NCBI GenBank assembly: GCA_051869235.1
Contig: JBJEAS010000091.1
Coordinates: forward strand, 7,343 to 71,342
Direction of reading: 5' to 3'
DNA: 64,000 nt
From: Prevotella sp.
GTDB taxonomy: Bacteria; Bacteroidota; Bacteroidia; Bacteroidales; Bacteroidaceae
Of the stretch, positions 40,026-52,437 are shown in pieces. The number at the start of each line of letters is the position of its first letter. Position 1 is the first letter of the stretch. Position numbers and translations under genes: made by a program. The notes beneath the pieces were generated by a model that saw nothing but the letters and a program-made list of their open reading frames with translations, was not told where the DNA came from and ran no database searches.

Positions 40026-40275
40026 ATTATTATATTGTTATTTTTTATTGTTAATTTTTAGAGCGCAAAGGTACTAATAAAATCTGATACCACAAAATAA
40101 AATAATATTTTTTAAGGTACAAGCATTATTTGCACAATTTTCAACCACACGCCATTATCAAAAAAAAACTTAATTATCGCCGCATATACACAGTTTTTCA
40201 GAATAATAATGTAACTTTGCACAGTTTTGGACTAAAAATCTTGTATTATTGAAATTTTAAACAACAAACAACTAT

Positions 40276-43200
40276 ATGAAAAAGAAATTGACTAAGGTGC
40301 TCGTTCTTGGATCGGGAGCCTTGAAAATTGGACAAGCAGGCGAGTTTGACTACTCCGGTTCGCAAGCTCTTAAAGCACTGCGCGACGAGGGCATCTCTTC
40401 CGTTCTCGTAAACCCAAACATCGCTACAATTCAAACTTCAGAGGGTATAGCCGACAAGGTTTATTTCCTGCCCGTAAACACACATTTCGTTACCGAGATA
40501 ATACGCAAGGAACGCCCCGATGGAATCCTCCTCGCATTCGGAGGTCAGACAGCACTGAACTGTGGAACCGAGCTTTATACCAATGGCACATTAAAGGAGT
40601 TTGGTGTTGAGGTTCTTGGAACATCCGTGGAAGCCATAATGAACACAGAAGACCGCGACTTGTTCGTAAGGAAGCTGAACGAGAAAAGCCTAAAGACTCC
40701 TATCAGCCAAGCTGTAGAGAATATGGACGATGCCCTTGCTGCTGCTCATCGCATCGGCTTCCCTATCATGATTCGCTCGGCTTACGCTCTCGGAGGTCTC
40801 GGTTCAGGCATTTGCCGCGACGAAGAACAGTTTAAGGAGCTTGCCGGCAGCGCTTTCACTTTCGCCCCACAGATTCTCGTCGAGGAGTCGCTAAAGGGTT
40901 GGAAGGAAATTGAGTTTGAGGTCATTCGCGATGCCAACGACCATTGTTTCACCGTTGCATCAATGGAAAACTTCGACCCACTCGGCATTCACACAGGAGA
41001 GTCTATTGTCGTTGCCCCAACTTGTTCTCTTTCTGACGAACAGGTGAAGATGCTGCAAACCATTTCCATCGAATGTGTACGTCATCTTGAAATAGTGGGA
41101 GAATGTAACATTCAGTTTGCCTTCAATGCTGAAACAAACGACTATCGTATAATAGAAGTAAATGCACGCCTCAGTCGCTCGTCGGCTCTCGCTTCAAAGG
41201 CTACAGGCTACCCTCTCGCCTTCGTAGCAGCAAAGATAGCACTTGGATACACACTCGACCAAATTGGTGAGATGGGTACGCCAAACTCTGCTTACGTTGC
41301 TCCACAACTTGACTACATGATATGCAAGATTCCACGTTGGGACCTTACGAAGTTTGCCGGTGTCAGCCGACTCATTGGCTCGTCGATGAAGTCCGTTGGC
41401 GAGATTATGGCTATCGGTCGTTCTTTCGAAGAGATGATTCAAAAAGGTCTGCGCATGATTGGACAAGGCATGCACGGTTTTGTAGGAAATGACCATACAC
41501 GTTTCGACGACCTCGACAACGAACTTCAGAATCCTACCGACCTCCGCATTTTTGCCATTGCGCAGGCTCTCGAAGAAGGATATTCCATTGAGCGTATAGA
41601 AGAATTGACAAAGATTGACGTGTGGTTCCTTGAACGTCTCAAGCACATCGTGGACCTCAAGCATCAACTGATGCAGTACAACAGTCTCGAATCGCTGCCT
41701 GATGAACTTCTTAAAGAGGCAAAGATAGCAGGATTCTCTGATTTCCAAATCAGCAGATTCGTACTGAAGCCAAAATCAGGCAATATGGAAAAGGAGAACT
41801 CGCAAGTTCGTCGCCATCGTAAAAGCCGTGGCATCCTTCCTGCTGTAAAGCGCATAAATACCGTTGCGAGTGAACACCCGGAGTTGACGAACTACCTCTA
41901 TATTACATACGCCGTGGAAAACTCAGACATAGATTTCTACAAGAATCAAAAATCTGTCGTCGTTCTTGGATCAGGCGCTTATCGCATTGGTTCATCAGTA
42001 GAATTTGATTGGTGTTCGGTAAATGCAGTCAACACAGCCCGCAAACTTGGCTACAAATCGATAATGATAAACTATAACCCTGAAACGGTGTCTACCGACT
42101 ATGACATGTGCGACCGCCTGTATTTCGACGAGCTCTCATTGGAACGTGTTCTCGACATTATCGACCTTGAACAACCACGCGGTGTCGTTGTCAGTGTTGG
42201 AGGACAAATACCAAACAACCTCGCCATGCGTCTCCACAACTATGGAGTACCTATTCTCGGCACATCTCCTCTTGACATCGACCGCGCCGAAAACCGCGAC
42301 AAGTTCTCTGCCATGCTTGACCGCCTTGGCATTGACCAGCCGGCATGGCGTGCCCTCACCTCTTTCGACGACATCAAGAGCTTTGTCGAACAGGTAGGTT
42401 TCCCTGTTCTTGTTCGTCCTTCTTATGTACTTTCAGGCGCTGCCATGAATGTATGCTACAGCTACGACGAATTGGAGCGTTTCCTCCAGATGGCGACGGA
42501 AGTGAGCAAGGATTTCCCTGTTGTGGTATCACAGTTCATGCAGGACACGAAAGAAATAGAATTTGATGCCGTTGCCGACAAGGGTGAAGTTATCGAGTAT
42601 GCCATATCTGAACACATAGAGTATGCCGGAGTACACTCTGGTGACGCCACTATGGTGTTCCCGGCTCAAAACATTTATTTCTCTACCATTCGTCGCATAA
42701 AGAAGATATCACGCCGCATTGCCAAGGAATTGAACATCAGTGGACCGTTCAACATTCAGTATCTTGCCAAAGGCAGCGACATAAAGGTGATTGAATGTAA
42801 CCTGCGTGCATCACGTTCCTTCCCATTCGTCAGCAAGATCCTTAAGCGCAACTTTATCGATACGGCAACCCGCATCATGTTGGACGCCCCATACGAGCGT
42901 CCTTCAAAGAGCGAGTTCGACATTGACCGCATCGGCATAAAGGCATCGCAATTCTCTTTCGCGCGCCTACAGAATGCAGACCCAGTATTAGGTGTCGACA
43001 TGTCGTCTACCGGTGAAGTTGGATGTCTTGGCGACGACTTCAACGAGGCTCTACTTAATGCAATGATAGCAACAGGTTACAACATACCTCGTCGAAACAT
43101 TTTGGTATCTTCGGGTGGCTTGAAAGGCAAGGTTGATTTGCTTGAACCAATTACACAGCTTTCCAAGGCCGGATATAACATCTATGCTACAGAAGGAACT

Positions 43201-43497
43201 TCAAAATTCCTTGCTGAGAATGGCGTGCAGTCAACTGTAGTTTCATGGCCGGACGAAGAAGGCGAAAACAAAGTTATGGATTTGATAGCCGCACATAAGT
43301 TTGACCTTATCATCAACGTTCCCAAGAATCAGACAAAGCGCGAACTGACGAACGGTTATCGCATTCGCCGTGGAGCCATCGACCACAATATCCCATTGAT
43401 GACAAATGTTCGCCTTGCAAAGGCTTTCATTGAATCATTCTGTTCAATGAAGCTCGACGACATCAAGATTAAGAGTTGGCAAGAATACAATGCATAA
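40276..43497 (+). CDS. carB: Carbamoyl-phosphate synthase large subunit
   Basis: GSG...IGQAGEFDYSG.QA, duplicated ATP-grasp halves, NPETVSTDYD, C-terminal MGS domain. Confidence 0.97.
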   Translation: MKKKLTKVLVLGSGALKIGQAGEFDYSGSQALKALRDEGISSVLVNPNIATIQTSEGIADKVYFLPVNTHFVTEIIRKERPDGILLAFGGQTALNCGTELYTNGTLKEFGVEVLGTSVEAIMNTEDRDLFVRKLNEKSLKTPISQAVENMDDALAAAHRIGFPIMIRSAYALGGLGSGICRDEEQFKELAGSAFTFAPQILVEESLKGWKEIEFEVIRDANDHCFTVASMENFDPLGIHTGESIVVAPTCSLSDEQVKMLQTISIECVRHLEIVGECNIQFAFNAETNDYRIIEVNARLSRSSALASKATGYPLAFVAAKIALGYTLDQIGEMGTPNSAYVAPQLDYMICKIPRWDLTKFAGVSRLIGSSMKSVGEIMAIGRSFEEMIQKGLRMIGQGMHGFVGNDHTRFDDLDNELQNPTDLRIFAIAQALEEGYSIERIEELTKIDVWFLERLKHIVDLKHQLMQYNSLESLPDELLKEAKIAGFSDFQISRFVLKPKSGNMEKENSQVRRHRKSRGILPAVKRINTVASEHPELTNYLYITYAVENSDIDFYKNQKSVVVLGSGAYRIGSSVEFDWCSVNAVNTARKLGYKSIMINYNPETVSTDYDMCDRLYFDELSLERVLDIIDLEQPRGVVVSVGGQIPNNLAMRLHNYGVPILGTSPLDIDRAENRDKFSAMLDRLGIDQPAWRALTSFDDIKSFVEQVGFPVLVRPSYVLSGAAMNVCYSYDELERFLQMATEVSKDFPVVVSQFMQDTKEIEFDAVADKGEVIEYAISEHIEYAGVHSGDATMVFPAQNIYFSTIRRIKKISRRIAKELNISGPFNIQYLAKGSDIKVIECNLRASRSFPFVSKILKRNFIDTATRIMLDAPYERPSKSEFDIDRIGIKASQFSFARLQNADPVLGVDMSSTGEVGCLGDDFNEALLNAMIATGYNIPRRNILVSSGGLKGKVDLLEPITQLSKAGYNIYATEGTSKFLAENGVQSTVVSWPDEEGENKVMDLIAAHKFDLIINVPKNQTKRELTNGYRIRRGAIDHNIPLMTNVRLAKAFIESFCSMKLDDIKIKSWQEYNA

Positions 43498-43522
43498 TCG
43501 GCATTTGGCTAAAATCAAAAAG

Positions 43523-43554
43523 AACCCCGACAGATTTCAAAACTGGCGGGGTTT
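43523..43554. terminator. Terminator between convergent carB and flavoprotein gene
   Basis: AACCCCGACAG...CTGGCGGGGTTT. Confidence 0.7.
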
Positions 43555-44809
43555 ATTTATTAGCCAACTTGCTAATGTTATTTGCCACAACATAAGCCAT
43601 AGTCCAAGCAGCCTGTAGATTATAGCCGCCTGTAATTCCATCAACATCAAGTACTTCCCCTGCAAAAAAGAGGTTCTTATGTAAGCGACACTCAAGGGTT
43701 GAAGGATTTATGTTGCCAAGAGCCACACCACCGCAGGTGACGAATTCGTCCTTAAAACGGTTTTTGCCTACTATTTCAAAAGTGCAACTCGTCAACCTGG
43801 AGGCAAGTCGATTGTAACTCTTGCGTCCCAATTCAGCCCACCGCTGTTCAGGTCGCAAACCACAACTTTTAAGGAAGTAGAGCCATAGACGACTATTAAA
43901 ACGAGTGGGATATACACTCTGCAGTTGTTTTTGCGAATGTTGAGTTGCCAAATCCGTAAGTTCTGCAATAACTTCTTCCTCGTGGGACGAACCAAACCAG
44001 TTTACCGTTATCGTTGCGCGATAGTCATGCTCGTTCAGATAGCGTGCTGCATACGACGACAACTTCAAGATGGCAGGACCACTAAGTCCCCAATGCGTGA
44101 TAAGCAACGGTCCATCGGCCTTCATCTTCGTGCCAACAACACTTACGACAGTGTCATCAACAACTGTTCCCATTAGTTCCGTCAATGCTCCCTTATCAAG
44201 ACAGAAACTAAAAAGCGAAGGTACAGGACTGATTATCTCGAGCTGCAATGGCTCAAGCATGGAAAGTCCGCTAATCCGTGGACTTCCCCCTGTTGTCACG
44301 ACAACAGAGTCGAAGCGGTAAGTTTCTGATTGCAAATTGTTTCCCGTAAAGGCATGAAGTTCATATCCAACTTCCTCCTCAGGTTTTGCCATTGGTTCAA
44401 CCTTAACTATGCGATGCCGTGTCTTCAGCGTCACACCATTTCTTTTCATTAAACCAAGCAATGTATTTACAACCTCCATTGCATCTTGAGAAACTGGGAA
44501 AATGCAATGGTCGTCTTGAGTAACAAGCCTTACCCCAGCCTCCTCAAACCACCGATATGCATCAAGGTGGCTAAACTCCTTAAGCAGTCGTTTCATGAGT
44601 CGGGCACCACGCGGATAAACCGTTTCCACACTGCCTATGCCCTCGAAACTGTTTGTAAGATTGCACCGACCGCCACCAGTGATGGCGACCTTCGCCAGAG
44701 CCTTCCGTCCACCTTCAAAGACAACGACCTCAGCCTTGGGCAATCTCCGTTTTATTTCTATTGCAACGAAGCAACCCGCCGCACCGGCTCCGATTATTGC
44801 TATACGCAT
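43553..44809 (-). CDS. HI0933/BaiN-like FAD-dependent oxidoreductase
   Basis: GAGAAG, K..ITGGGRCNLTN, TH.GLSGP, GE.LDVDG.TGGYNLQ.A. Confidence 0.92.
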   Translation of the reverse strand: MRIAIIGAGAAGCFVAIEIKRRLPKAEVVVFEGGRKALAKVAITGGGRCNLTNSFEGIGSVETVYPRGARLMKRLLKEFSHLDAYRWFEEAGVRLVTQDDHCIFPVSQDAMEVVNTLLGLMKRNGVTLKTRHRIVKVEPMAKPEEEVGYELHAFTGNNLQSETYRFDSVVVTTGGSPRISGLSMLEPLQLEIISPVPSLFSFCLDKGALTELMGTVVDDTVVSVVGTKMKADGPLLITHWGLSGPAILKLSSYAARYLNEHDYRATITVNWFGSSHEEEVIAELTDLATQHSQKQLQSVYPTRFNSRLWLYFLKSCGLRPEQRWAELGRKSYNRLASRLTSCTFEIVGKNRFKDEFVTCGGVALGNINPSTLECRLHKNLFFAGEVLDVDGITGGYNLQAAWTMAYVVANNISKLANK

Positions 44810-44870
44810 AGTTATTAAAGATTTTGGAAGGTAGAGCCTTCTACCCTCTACCCTCCAAAATATCCAAATT

Positions 44871-47015
44871 CTACTTCTCCAGCAAAATGTTCATCATCTC
44901 TACGGCTGCCTTGGCAACTGATGTACCAGGACCGAAGATGGCGGCAACGCCAGCCTGATAGAGGAAGTCATAGTCTTGGGCAGGGATGACACCACCGGCA
45001 ATGACCATGATGTCCTCACGACCAAGCTTCTTCAATTCGTCTATGAGCTGTGGCACGAGAGTCTTGTGACCAGCTGCAAGAGAGCTGACACCAACGATGT
45101 GGACGTCGTTCTCCACAGCCTCGCGGGCAGCCTCGGCCGGTGTCTGGAACAGTGGACCCATGTCGACGTCGAAACCGCAGTCGGCATATCCCGTTGCTAC
45201 TACCTTTGCACCACGGTCGTGACCGTCCTGACCCATCTTGGCTATGAAGATACGTGGACGACGACCTTCCTTCTGTGCAAACTCCTCGGTGAGCTGACAA
45301 GCCACCTCGAAGTCCTTGTCGTTCTTGCTTTCTGATGAATACACGCCTGAAATAGTTCTTATTATTGCCTTATAACGACCTACGACTTCTTCGCAGGCGT
45401 CGCTTATTTCTCCTAATGTACAACGCAGTTTTGCACACTCAACAGCCTGAGCCAACAGGTTACCTTCGCCTGTGCGTACTATCTCGGTGAGCTTTGCAAG
45501 AGCAGCCTTGCAAGCCTCCTCGTCGCGGGCGGCACGCACCTTTGCCAAGTTCTCCTCCTGCTGCTTGCGCACTGCCGTGTTGTCAACCTCAAGGATGTCG
45601 ATTGGATCCTCGTGGTCAAGACGATACTTGTTTGTACCTACGATTGTCTGTACGCCTGAGTCGATGCGAGCCTGAGTACGGGCAGCAGCCTCTTCGATGC
45701 GCATCTTTGGCACGCCTGTCTCGATAGCCTTTGCCATACCGCCCAGCTTCTCTATCTCCTGAATATGCTCCCAAGCCTTGTGAACAAGTTCGTTGGTGAG
45801 GGTCTCAACATAGTAGGAACCTGCCCACGGGTCGATGTGCTTGCACACCTTGGTTTCGTTCTGGATGTAAATCTGGGTGTTACGGGCAATACGAGCCGAG
45901 AAGTCAGTAGGCAGTGCGATGGCCTCGTCGAGTGCGTTGGTGTGCAGCGACTGGGTGTGGCCAAGCACGGCAGCCATGGCCTCGATACATGTACGGCCTA
46001 CGTTGTTGAATGGGTCCTGCTCGGTGAGCGACCAACCTGATGTCTGCGAATGTGTACGCAGAGCCATCGACTTCGGATTCTTTGCTCCGAAGCTCTTCAC
46101 AATCTTTGCCCACAACAGACGGCCTGCACGCATCTTTGCAATCTCCATGAAGTGGTTTACGCCGATGGCCCAGAAGAACGACAGACGTGGAGCGAACGCG
46201 TCAACGTCGATGCCGGCATTAATACCCGCACGCAGATATTCCATACCGTCAGCCAAAGTGTAGGCAAGCTCGATGTCGGCTGTTGCTCCTGCCTCCTGCA
46301 TGTGGTAGCCAGAGATTGAGATAGAGTTGAACTTAGGCATGTTCTGCGATGTATACTCAAAGATGTCGGCAATAATCTTCATTGAGAATGCAGGTGGGTA
46401 GATGTAGGTGTTGCGCACCATGAACTCCTTAAGGATGTCGTTCTGGATAGTACCTGCCATTTCCTCAAGTTTTGCGCCCTGCTCCAGACCTGCTACAATA
46501 TAGAATGCGAGGATAGGAAGAACGGCACCGTTCATTGTCATCGACACCGACATCTTGTTCAATGGAATACCGTCGAACAGGACTTTCATGTTCTCCTCGT
46601 TGCAGATAGACACACCTGCCTTACCTACGTCGCCTACTACGCGTTCGTTGTCAGGGTCGTAGCCGCGGTGTGTAGGAAGGTCGAAGGCAACGGAGAGTCC
46701 CTTCTGACCTGAAGCGAGGTTGCGACGATAGAATGCGTTCGACTCCTCAGCAGTAGAGAATCCGGCATACTGGCGGATAGTCCAAGGACGGAACGGATAC
46801 ATCATTGAATACGGGCCACGGAGGAATGGAGGAATACCGGCTGAGAAGTCGAGGTGTTCCATGCCTTCGAGGTCTTCTTTTGTATACACAGGCTTAACTT
46901 CGATGTGCTCAGGAGTCTTCCAGTTGGGAGCAATACCATTAGCCTTCTGCCACTCGACACCATTTTCAGCCTTGATGCCAGAGTAAATATCAATGTTCTT
47001 AAAATCTTTTCTCAT
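44871..47015 (-). CDS. scpA: Methylmalonyl-CoA mutase large (catalytic) subunit
   Basis: [31 protein letters not shown]12-binding GQDGHDRG. Confidence 0.97.
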   Translation of the reverse strand: MRKDFKNIDIYSGIKAENGVEWQKANGIAPNWKTPEHIEVKPVYTKEDLEGMEHLDFSAGIPPFLRGPYSMMYPFRPWTIRQYAGFSTAEESNAFYRRNLASGQKGLSVAFDLPTHRGYDPDNERVVGDVGKAGVSICNEENMKVLFDGIPLNKMSVSMTMNGAVLPILAFYIVAGLEQGAKLEEMAGTIQNDILKEFMVRNTYIYPPAFSMKIIADIFEYTSQNMPKFNSISISGYHMQEAGATADIELAYTLADGMEYLRAGINAGIDVDAFAPRLSFFWAIGVNHFMEIAKMRAGRLLWAKIVKSFGAKNPKSMALRTHSQTSGWSLTEQDPFNNVGRTCIEAMAAVLGHTQSLHTNALDEAIALPTDFSARIARNTQIYIQNETKVCKHIDPWAGSYYVETLTNELVHKAWEHIQEIEKLGGMAKAIETGVPKMRIEEAAARTQARIDSGVQTIVGTNKYRLDHEDPIDILEVDNTAVRKQQEENLAKVRAARDEEACKAALAKLTEIVRTGEGNLLAQAVECAKLRCTLGEISDACEEVVGRYKAIIRTISGVYSSESKNDKDFEVACQLTEEFAQKEGRRPRIFIAKMGQDGHDRGAKVVATGYADCGFDVDMGPLFQTPAEAAREAVENDVHIVGVSSLAAGHKTLVPQLIDELKKLGREDIMVIAGGVIPAQDYDFLYQAGVAAIFGPGTSVAKAAVEMMNILLEK

Positions 47016-47025
47016 GACTTTCGTA

Positions 47026-48882
47026 TTATTTTATTCCCAACTTTTCGTTATATTCTTTAAGAGTCTCAAGTACGTTGCACTTTACGTGGACGAAGTTCTC
47101 GATGCCTGCAGTCTTCAGGTCTTCCATGCATGCTGGAGCACCGGCAACGATGAACATGGCACGGTTGTTCAGATACTGGAATGCAGGGACGGCGTATGTA
47201 GCATACTCGTCGTCGCTTGAACACAGAACAACGATGTCGGCGCCTGCCTTCAGAGCTGCGTCAACACCTTCCTCTACAGTCTCGAAGCCGAGGTTGTCGA
47301 TAACCTTGTAGCCTGCGCAAGCAAGGAAGTTAGAGCTGAACTGGGCACGAGCCTGACGCCAAGCCAAGTTACCGATGGTAAGCATGAATGCCACTGGAGT
47401 CTTTCCGCTCTTCTCTACAGTAAGTCTTAGGTTCTCGAAGTCGGCAGCAAGGCGTGTGCTCTTTATTGCCTTGAAAGTTGGCTCTGCATCAGAACCGCAG
47501 CAGCAACAGCATGTCAGAGGCTGCTTGCCTTCACTAAGCTCGGTGAAGTTGGGGAATTGGTTTGTACCGAGTATGAACTCCTTACGCTGTGCAGCGTCCT
47601 TGTGGCGCTTCTCGTTTGTGGCGTTGATGTCGTCCTGAACGGTACCAGCCTTGATGGCAGCGAGGAAGCCACCCTCTTCCTCAACCTTGAGGAACAGCTT
47701 CCAAGCCACGTCAGCCAACGAGGTGGTGAGTTCCTCAATGAAATAAGAGCCGGCAGATGGGTCGACAACCTTGTCGAAGTGGCTCTCCTCCTTCAGCAGC
47801 AACTGCTGGTTGCGTGCTATGCGCTCAGAGAAGTCTGTCGGTGTCTCGTATGCTGCGTCGAATGGGTTGACCACGATAGAGTGGACACCACCAAGTGCGG
47901 CACTCATGGTCTCTGTCTGTGTACGCAGAAGGTTCACATAGCTGTCAAAGACAGTCATATTATAAGAGGTGGTCGTTGCATTGACGCACATCTTGCAAGC
48001 GCAGTCGCACTTTGGCTCATACTGCTTCACTATTTCCGCCCACAGCAAGCGTGCGGCACGGAACTTTGCAATCTCCATGAAGTAGTTCTCCGAGATGCCG
48101 ACGTTGAACTTTATCTTGCTTGCAGCAAGAGTAGGCTCTACGCCTGCCTCTACCAATTGGCTGAGATACTCGTTACCCCAAGCCAGTGCATAGCCCAGTT
48201 CCTGTACGATGTAGGCGCCGGCGTTGTTCAGCGCAGCGGCATTTACAGCAATACAGCGGAAGTTGCGGTAGTCCTTCAACGTCTCTACAATCTTTGGAGC
48301 AACAGCCAATACGGCAGTAACGTCCTTGCCGCGCATCACGATGCGGTGCATTGGGTCCCAGTCGATAGAGCCGACGATCCTTTCCTTGTCATAGCCCTTC
48401 TTCTCGAAGTAGGCTGTGAGGATTTTTGCCAGTTCAAGCGACTTGCGCTGGCATGTGCTGAAGTTCAGCTCAACGCACTCGCACTCGATGCCTTCGAGCA
48501 GAGCCTCAACGAATTCAGCGGAAACCAAGTCGCCATCGAACTTGAAGCCAAGCGAGTCAACGCCCTTGTTCAGCACATCGAGAGCCTTGGCGTTGGCTTC
48601 CTTGGCGTCGGTCACCTTGATGTTCTGACGAACATACCACTCGTTGTTGTCTTTCTTGTTGCCACGGACGAAAGGAAACTCGCCTGGCAGAGCATCTGGA
48701 GTCTTCAGTTTCAGCACGTCTTCCCTGCGATAGAAAGGCTGCATGCTGAACCCCTCGTTAGTCCTCCATACCAGCTTCTTGTTGAAGTCAGCGCCCTTCA
48801 GGTCTACCTGAATTTTGTCAAGCCACTCTTGGGCTGTAGGCGCGGTAAACTCGGTGAAGAGTTTTTCCTTAATGTTTGACAT
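47026..48882 (-). CDS. mutA: Methylmalonyl-CoA mutase small subunit
   Basis: [41 protein letters not shown]. Confidence 0.93.
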   Translation of the reverse strand: MSNIKEKLFTEFTAPTAQEWLDKIQVDLKGADFNKKLVWRTNEGFSMQPFYRREDVLKLKTPDALPGEFPFVRGNKKDNNEWYVRQNIKVTDAKEANAKALDVLNKGVDSLGFKFDGDLVSAEFVEALLEGIECECVELNFSTCQRKSLELAKILTAYFEKKGYDKERIVGSIDWDPMHRIVMRGKDVTAVLAVAPKIVETLKDYRNFRCIAVNAAALNNAGAYIVQELGYALAWGNEYLSQLVEAGVEPTLAASKIKFNVGISENYFMEIAKFRAARLLWAEIVKQYEPKCDCACKMCVNATTTSYNMTVFDSYVNLLRTQTETMSAALGGVHSIVVNPFDAAYETPTDFSERIARNQQLLLKEESHFDKVVDPSAGSYFIEELTTSLADVAWKLFLKVEEEGGFLAAIKAGTVQDDINATNEKRHKDAAQRKEFILGTNQFPNFTELSEGKQPLTCCCCCGSDAEPTFKAIKSTRLAADFENLRLTVEKSGKTPVAFMLTIGNLAWRQARAQFSSNFLACAGYKVIDNLGFETVEEGVDAALKAGADIVVLCSSDDEYATYAVPAFQYLNNRAMFIVAGAPACMEDLKTAGIENFVHVKCNVLETLKEYNEKLGIK

Positions 48883-49135
48883 AGTCGGTCGTTTTTAATT
48901 ATTATATAAGTTTATCATATTTGCACAATGATGCAGTTGTCGCTCGCAACAACGTCGAAAATCGGCTGCAAAGATAACGAATAATTTTTGTATTTATATA
49001 AAAACCGAAAGAAAAATGCGTAAAATTGTGAAATATTCAAAAAGTTGGGGCTTCTTTTAAAAATTGTTGCACAAAAATTCTAATTTGAGTAATATTTTGG
49101 CTAATTTTGCAACCGCAAATAAAGTATAGTATTTT

Positions 49136-50821
49136 ATGGAATGGCTAATTAATCTGTTCACCTCAACTGAATCGGTTGCCCACATAGCCATGCTCTATGC
49201 GCTTGTCATAGCCGTAGGAGTGCTTTTGGGAAAGATTAAGTTTGGAGGAATCGCATTGGGCGTTACGTTCGTCCTCTTCGCAGGAATCCTTGCCGGACAC
49301 TTGGGTCTGACGGCTCCTGTCAACATTATCACTTTCATTCAGGACTTCGGTCTCATCCTGTTCGTATTCATGATTGGTCTGCAGGTGGGTCCCGGTTTCT
49401 TCGAGAGTTTCCGTAAAGGTGGCATCACCCTCAACGGACTTGCAGCTACGACAGTACTGCTCAACATCGCCGTGATGTTTGGCTGCTACTATCTATTCTT
49501 CGACACCACCAATCCGCACAATCTGCCGATGATGGTGGGTACTCTCTATGGTGCCGTTACCAACACCCCAGGTCTTGGTGCTGCCAATGAGGCTCTCAAC
49601 AGTGTGTTCACCGACAACTTACCACAAATTGCCTCCGGCTATGCCTGTGCCTATCCGCTTGGTGTGGTTGGAATCATCGGTGCTACCATTGCCATACGCT
49701 TCATCTGCCGCATCAATCTTGAAAAGGAAGAGGCGGAACTGAAGGCTGCCAACGCCGAGGACACACACGTCAAACCGCACCAGATGCACCTGCAAGTAAC
49801 CAACTCCTACCTTGCCGGACGCACCATAATGCAGATTCACGACTTCCTCAACCGCGATTTCGTATGCTCACGAGTGCTGCACGACGGACACGTAACCATA
49901 CCTAACCGCGACACTGTGCTCGAGCTTGGCGACCAGCTGTTCATCGTCTGCGCACAGGCAGATGCAGAAGCCATCATCGCTTTCATTGGCCCTGAGATTC
50001 AGGTAGAATGGGAAAAGACCGACCAGCCTCTCGTGTCAAAGCGAATACTCGTCACTAAGTCGTCAATCAACGGAAAGACACTTGGACAGATGCACTTCTC
50101 AAGTGCTTATGGCGTCAACGTCACCCGCGTGACACGCCAGGGCATGGAGCTTTTCGCTACGCCACGCCTGCCGCTGCAGGTAGGCGACCGCGTGATGGTT
50201 GTTGGTCCTGAAGACCTTGTAAACCGCGTGGCTGACGTACTCGGCAACTCTATCAAGCGTCTTGAAGCACCAAACATCGCCACCATTTTCCTCGGCATAG
50301 TGATGGGTATAATTTTCGGTTCTCTGCCGTTTGCCATCCCAGGAATGCCAGTACCGATGAAGCTCGGCATCGCCGGTGGACCTCTTATCATAGCCATTCT
50401 CATTGGACGCTATGGATATAAAGTCCATCTCGTGACCTATACTACCACCAGTGCCAACATGATGTTGCGCGAGATTGGACTTGTGCTGTTCCTTGCCAGC
50501 GTAGGAATAAAGGCAGGTGCAGGATTCTGGGAGACCGTCATTCAAGGCGACGGACTGAAATACGTATATACCGGTTTCCTCATCACCGTCATACCTATAT
50601 TAATAATAGGTACGATAGCACGCCTGAAATACAAGTTCAACTATTTCACCATCATGGGTATGCTTGCTGGTACATACACCGACCCACCAGCATTGGCATA
50701 CGCCAACCAGTCTTGCTCCACAGAGGCTCCGGCAGTAGGCTACTCTACCGTTTATCCTTTAAGCATGTTCCTCCGCATTTTCACTGCACAGGTGATTATT
50801 CTCTTGTGCTGTGGTGCATAA
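49136..50821 (+). CDS. AspT/YidE/YbjL family transporter with two TrkA-C domains
   Basis: [32 protein letters not shown] motifs. Confidence 0.9.
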   Translation: MEWLINLFTSTESVAHIAMLYALVIAVGVLLGKIKFGGIALGVTFVLFAGILAGHLGLTAPVNIITFIQDFGLILFVFMIGLQVGPGFFESFRKGGITLNGLAATTVLLNIAVMFGCYYLFFDTTNPHNLPMMVGTLYGAVTNTPGLGAANEALNSVFTDNLPQIASGYACAYPLGVVGIIGATIAIRFICRINLEKEEAELKAANAEDTHVKPHQMHLQVTNSYLAGRTIMQIHDFLNRDFVCSRVLHDGHVTIPNRDTVLELGDQLFIVCAQADAEAIIAFIGPEIQVEWEKTDQPLVSKRILVTKSSINGKTLGQMHFSSAYGVNVTRVTRQGMELFATPRLPLQVGDRVMVVGPEDLVNRVADVLGNSIKRLEAPNIATIFLGIVMGIIFGSLPFAIPGMPVPMKLGIAGGPLIIAILIGRYGYKVHLVTYTTTSANMMLREIGLVLFLASVGIKAGAGFWETVIQGDGLKYVYTGFLITVIPILIIGTIARLKYKFNYFTIMGMLAGTYTDPPALAYANQSCSTEAPAVGYSTVYPLSMFLRIFTAQVIILLCCGA

Positions 50822-50875
50822 AGTCAAGATAGGATTGAATTCTAAATAATTAAAAATAATAATAAACGTACACAA

Positions 50876-51841
50876 ATGAACAAATTCGGATTACTGTTAG
50901 GCACATTGCTGCTCGCCGGATCTTCCATGATGCATGCTCAAATTGAACAGAGCATCAAAATCAACGAGGTGATGACAAGCAACACTGCCAATCTTCAGGA
51001 TGAATACGGTCAGCGTGAAGCGTGGATAGAAATTGCCAACGTGTCGTTTACGACCTACAACATTCGCGGCATGTTTGTTACCACCGACCGTTCCGTACTC
51101 AACCCAAAGATGAGCGTGCCAGAGCGCATGAAGCGCATGAGTGCCATTCCAAATGGAGAGCCACGCACTTCCATGGGTGGTCATCAACACCTACTCCTCT
51201 TTTGCAACAGCGCACCTTCAAAAGGCTCGCTGCATCTCAGTGTGAAAATCGACCCTACAAAGCCTACATGGGTTGGACTCTACAGCGGCAACGCTACAGA
51301 GCTGATCGACTCTGTGACGGTTCCTGTCTTGGGAGACAACATCTCTTATGCCCGACAAAATGACGGTTCAACGACATGGGTCGTAAAGCAGGCTGAGCAG
51401 GTCACTCCAGGCATCTCCAACATGACAGACATCGTAGAGACCAAGACGGCAAAGCTGAAACGCGAGGACCCACACGGCTTTGGCATTACAGTGCTTGCCA
51501 TGGGCATCGTGTTCTTCTGCCTTGCCCTGCTTTTCGTTTTCTTCACCCTGTTTGGCATTTTCATGAAGCATCGTTCTACGGTTGCCAATATACAACCTGT
51601 GAAAGCCGGTGTCAAGACAGTGGAGAAGACTGTTGAGATAGGACACAAGACAAACGTAATCCTACAAGACGGCTTAAAGTCAAAAGGCATTGACAAGGAG
51701 GTTTACATTGCAGTAATCTCAATGGCACTAAAGCAGTACCAAGACAATGTACACGACGTTGAGAGTGGCATCATAACCATCAAGCCTAAGAATACCGAAT
51801 GGAATTCCGAATTGCCACAGATGACCCAGTTCCACGAATAA
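50876..51841 (+). CDS. OadG-family decarboxylase gamma/delta subunit with N-terminal lamin-tail-like domain
   Basis: Signal peptide; INEVM..N, WIEI.N (LTD); TM GMGIVF..L.LL-like; AVIS.AL......HD.E C-terminal motif. Confidence 0.8.
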   Translation: MNKFGLLLGTLLLAGSSMMHAQIEQSIKINEVMTSNTANLQDEYGQREAWIEIANVSFTTYNIRGMFVTTDRSVLNPKMSVPERMKRMSAIPNGEPRTSMGGHQHLLLFCNSAPSKGSLHLSVKIDPTKPTWVGLYSGNATELIDSVTVPVLGDNISYARQNDGSTTWVVKQAEQVTPGISNMTDIVETKTAKLKREDPHGFGITVLAMGIVFFCLALLFVFFTLFGIFMKHRSTVANIQPVKAGVKTVEKTVEIGHKTNVILQDGLKSKGIDKEVYIAVISMALKQYQDNVHDVESGIITIKPKNTEWNSELPQMTQFHE

Positions 51842-51845
51842 TTTC

Positions 51846-51938
51846 AAGTTGACAAGTTGACAAGTTATTTGTCGTGCAGAATATAATATGTAGAAAACTA
51901 TTAACTTGTTTACTCGTTAACTTGTCTACTCGTTAACT
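51846..51938. repeat. Intergenic palindromic AGTTGACA-type element
   Basis: aagttgacaagttgacaagtt ... aacttgtttactcgttaacttgtctactcgttaact; same family as 1791-1929. Confidence 0.75.
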
Positions 51939-51975
51939 AAAAACATTAAAGAATTAAAGAAATAAAGAAAGAAAT

Positions 51976-52425
51976 ATGAACAAGTTTGAATATAAAGTAC
52001 AAGGTGTTGACTACGAGGTAGAAATCGAAGAGATGGAAGGCAACATCGCCAAAGTGTCTGTCAACGGCATTCCATTCGAAGTAGAGCTGAAGCAGCCTAT
52101 CAATCCTGCTAAGGCCATAACACGTCCAAAGGTTGTTGCCCCTGCTCCGGCAGCTGCTCCAGCTCCAGCCCCCGCGGCAAGACCAGCAGCACCCGCCGCT
52201 CCAGCAGGTGCCGGTGCTGCTGTCAAGGCTCCACTGCCAGGCACCATATCTTCCATCAACGTCAAGGTTGGCGACACGGTCAAGGTAGGCGACACGGTCA
52301 TTGTTCTCGAGGCTATGAAGATGCAGAACAACATCGAGGCAGAGAACAGCGGCACTGTAACATCTATAGTAGTAAACCAGGGCGACTCGGTAATGGAAGG
52401 CGCCACATTGCTCACCATCGGTTAA
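51976..52425 (+). CDS. Biotin carboxyl carrier protein of Na+-translocating decarboxylase
   Basis: Ala/Pro linker; EAMKM biotinylation motif. Confidence 0.95.
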   Translation: MNKFEYKVQGVDYEVEIEEMEGNIAKVSVNGIPFEVELKQPINPAKAITRPKVVAPAPAAAPAPAPAARPAAPAAPAGAGAAVKAPLPGTISSINVKVGDTVKVGDTVIVLEAMKMQNNIEAENSGTVTSIVVNQGDSVMEGATLLTIG

Positions 52426-52437
52426 AGTATTCTTATT

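Noticed and set aside
40026-40275. T-box or pyrimidine attenuator for ileS/carB
   Set aside because: Only short AT-rich leaders and divergent TAnnTTTG promoters are present
40276-43497. carB without adjacent carA as a novel system
   Set aside because: Stand-alone carB copies are common in Bacteroidales and carA may lie elsewhere
47557-48879. 440-aa plus-strand ORF (and similar long antisense ORFs over htpG, map, rimO, purN)
   Set aside because: Antisense shadows of strongly codon-biased genes with no recognisable motifs
48883-49135. Cobalamin riboswitch upstream of mutA-scpA
   Set aside because: The promoter leaves only ~80 nt of leader and no B12-box-like sequence is visible
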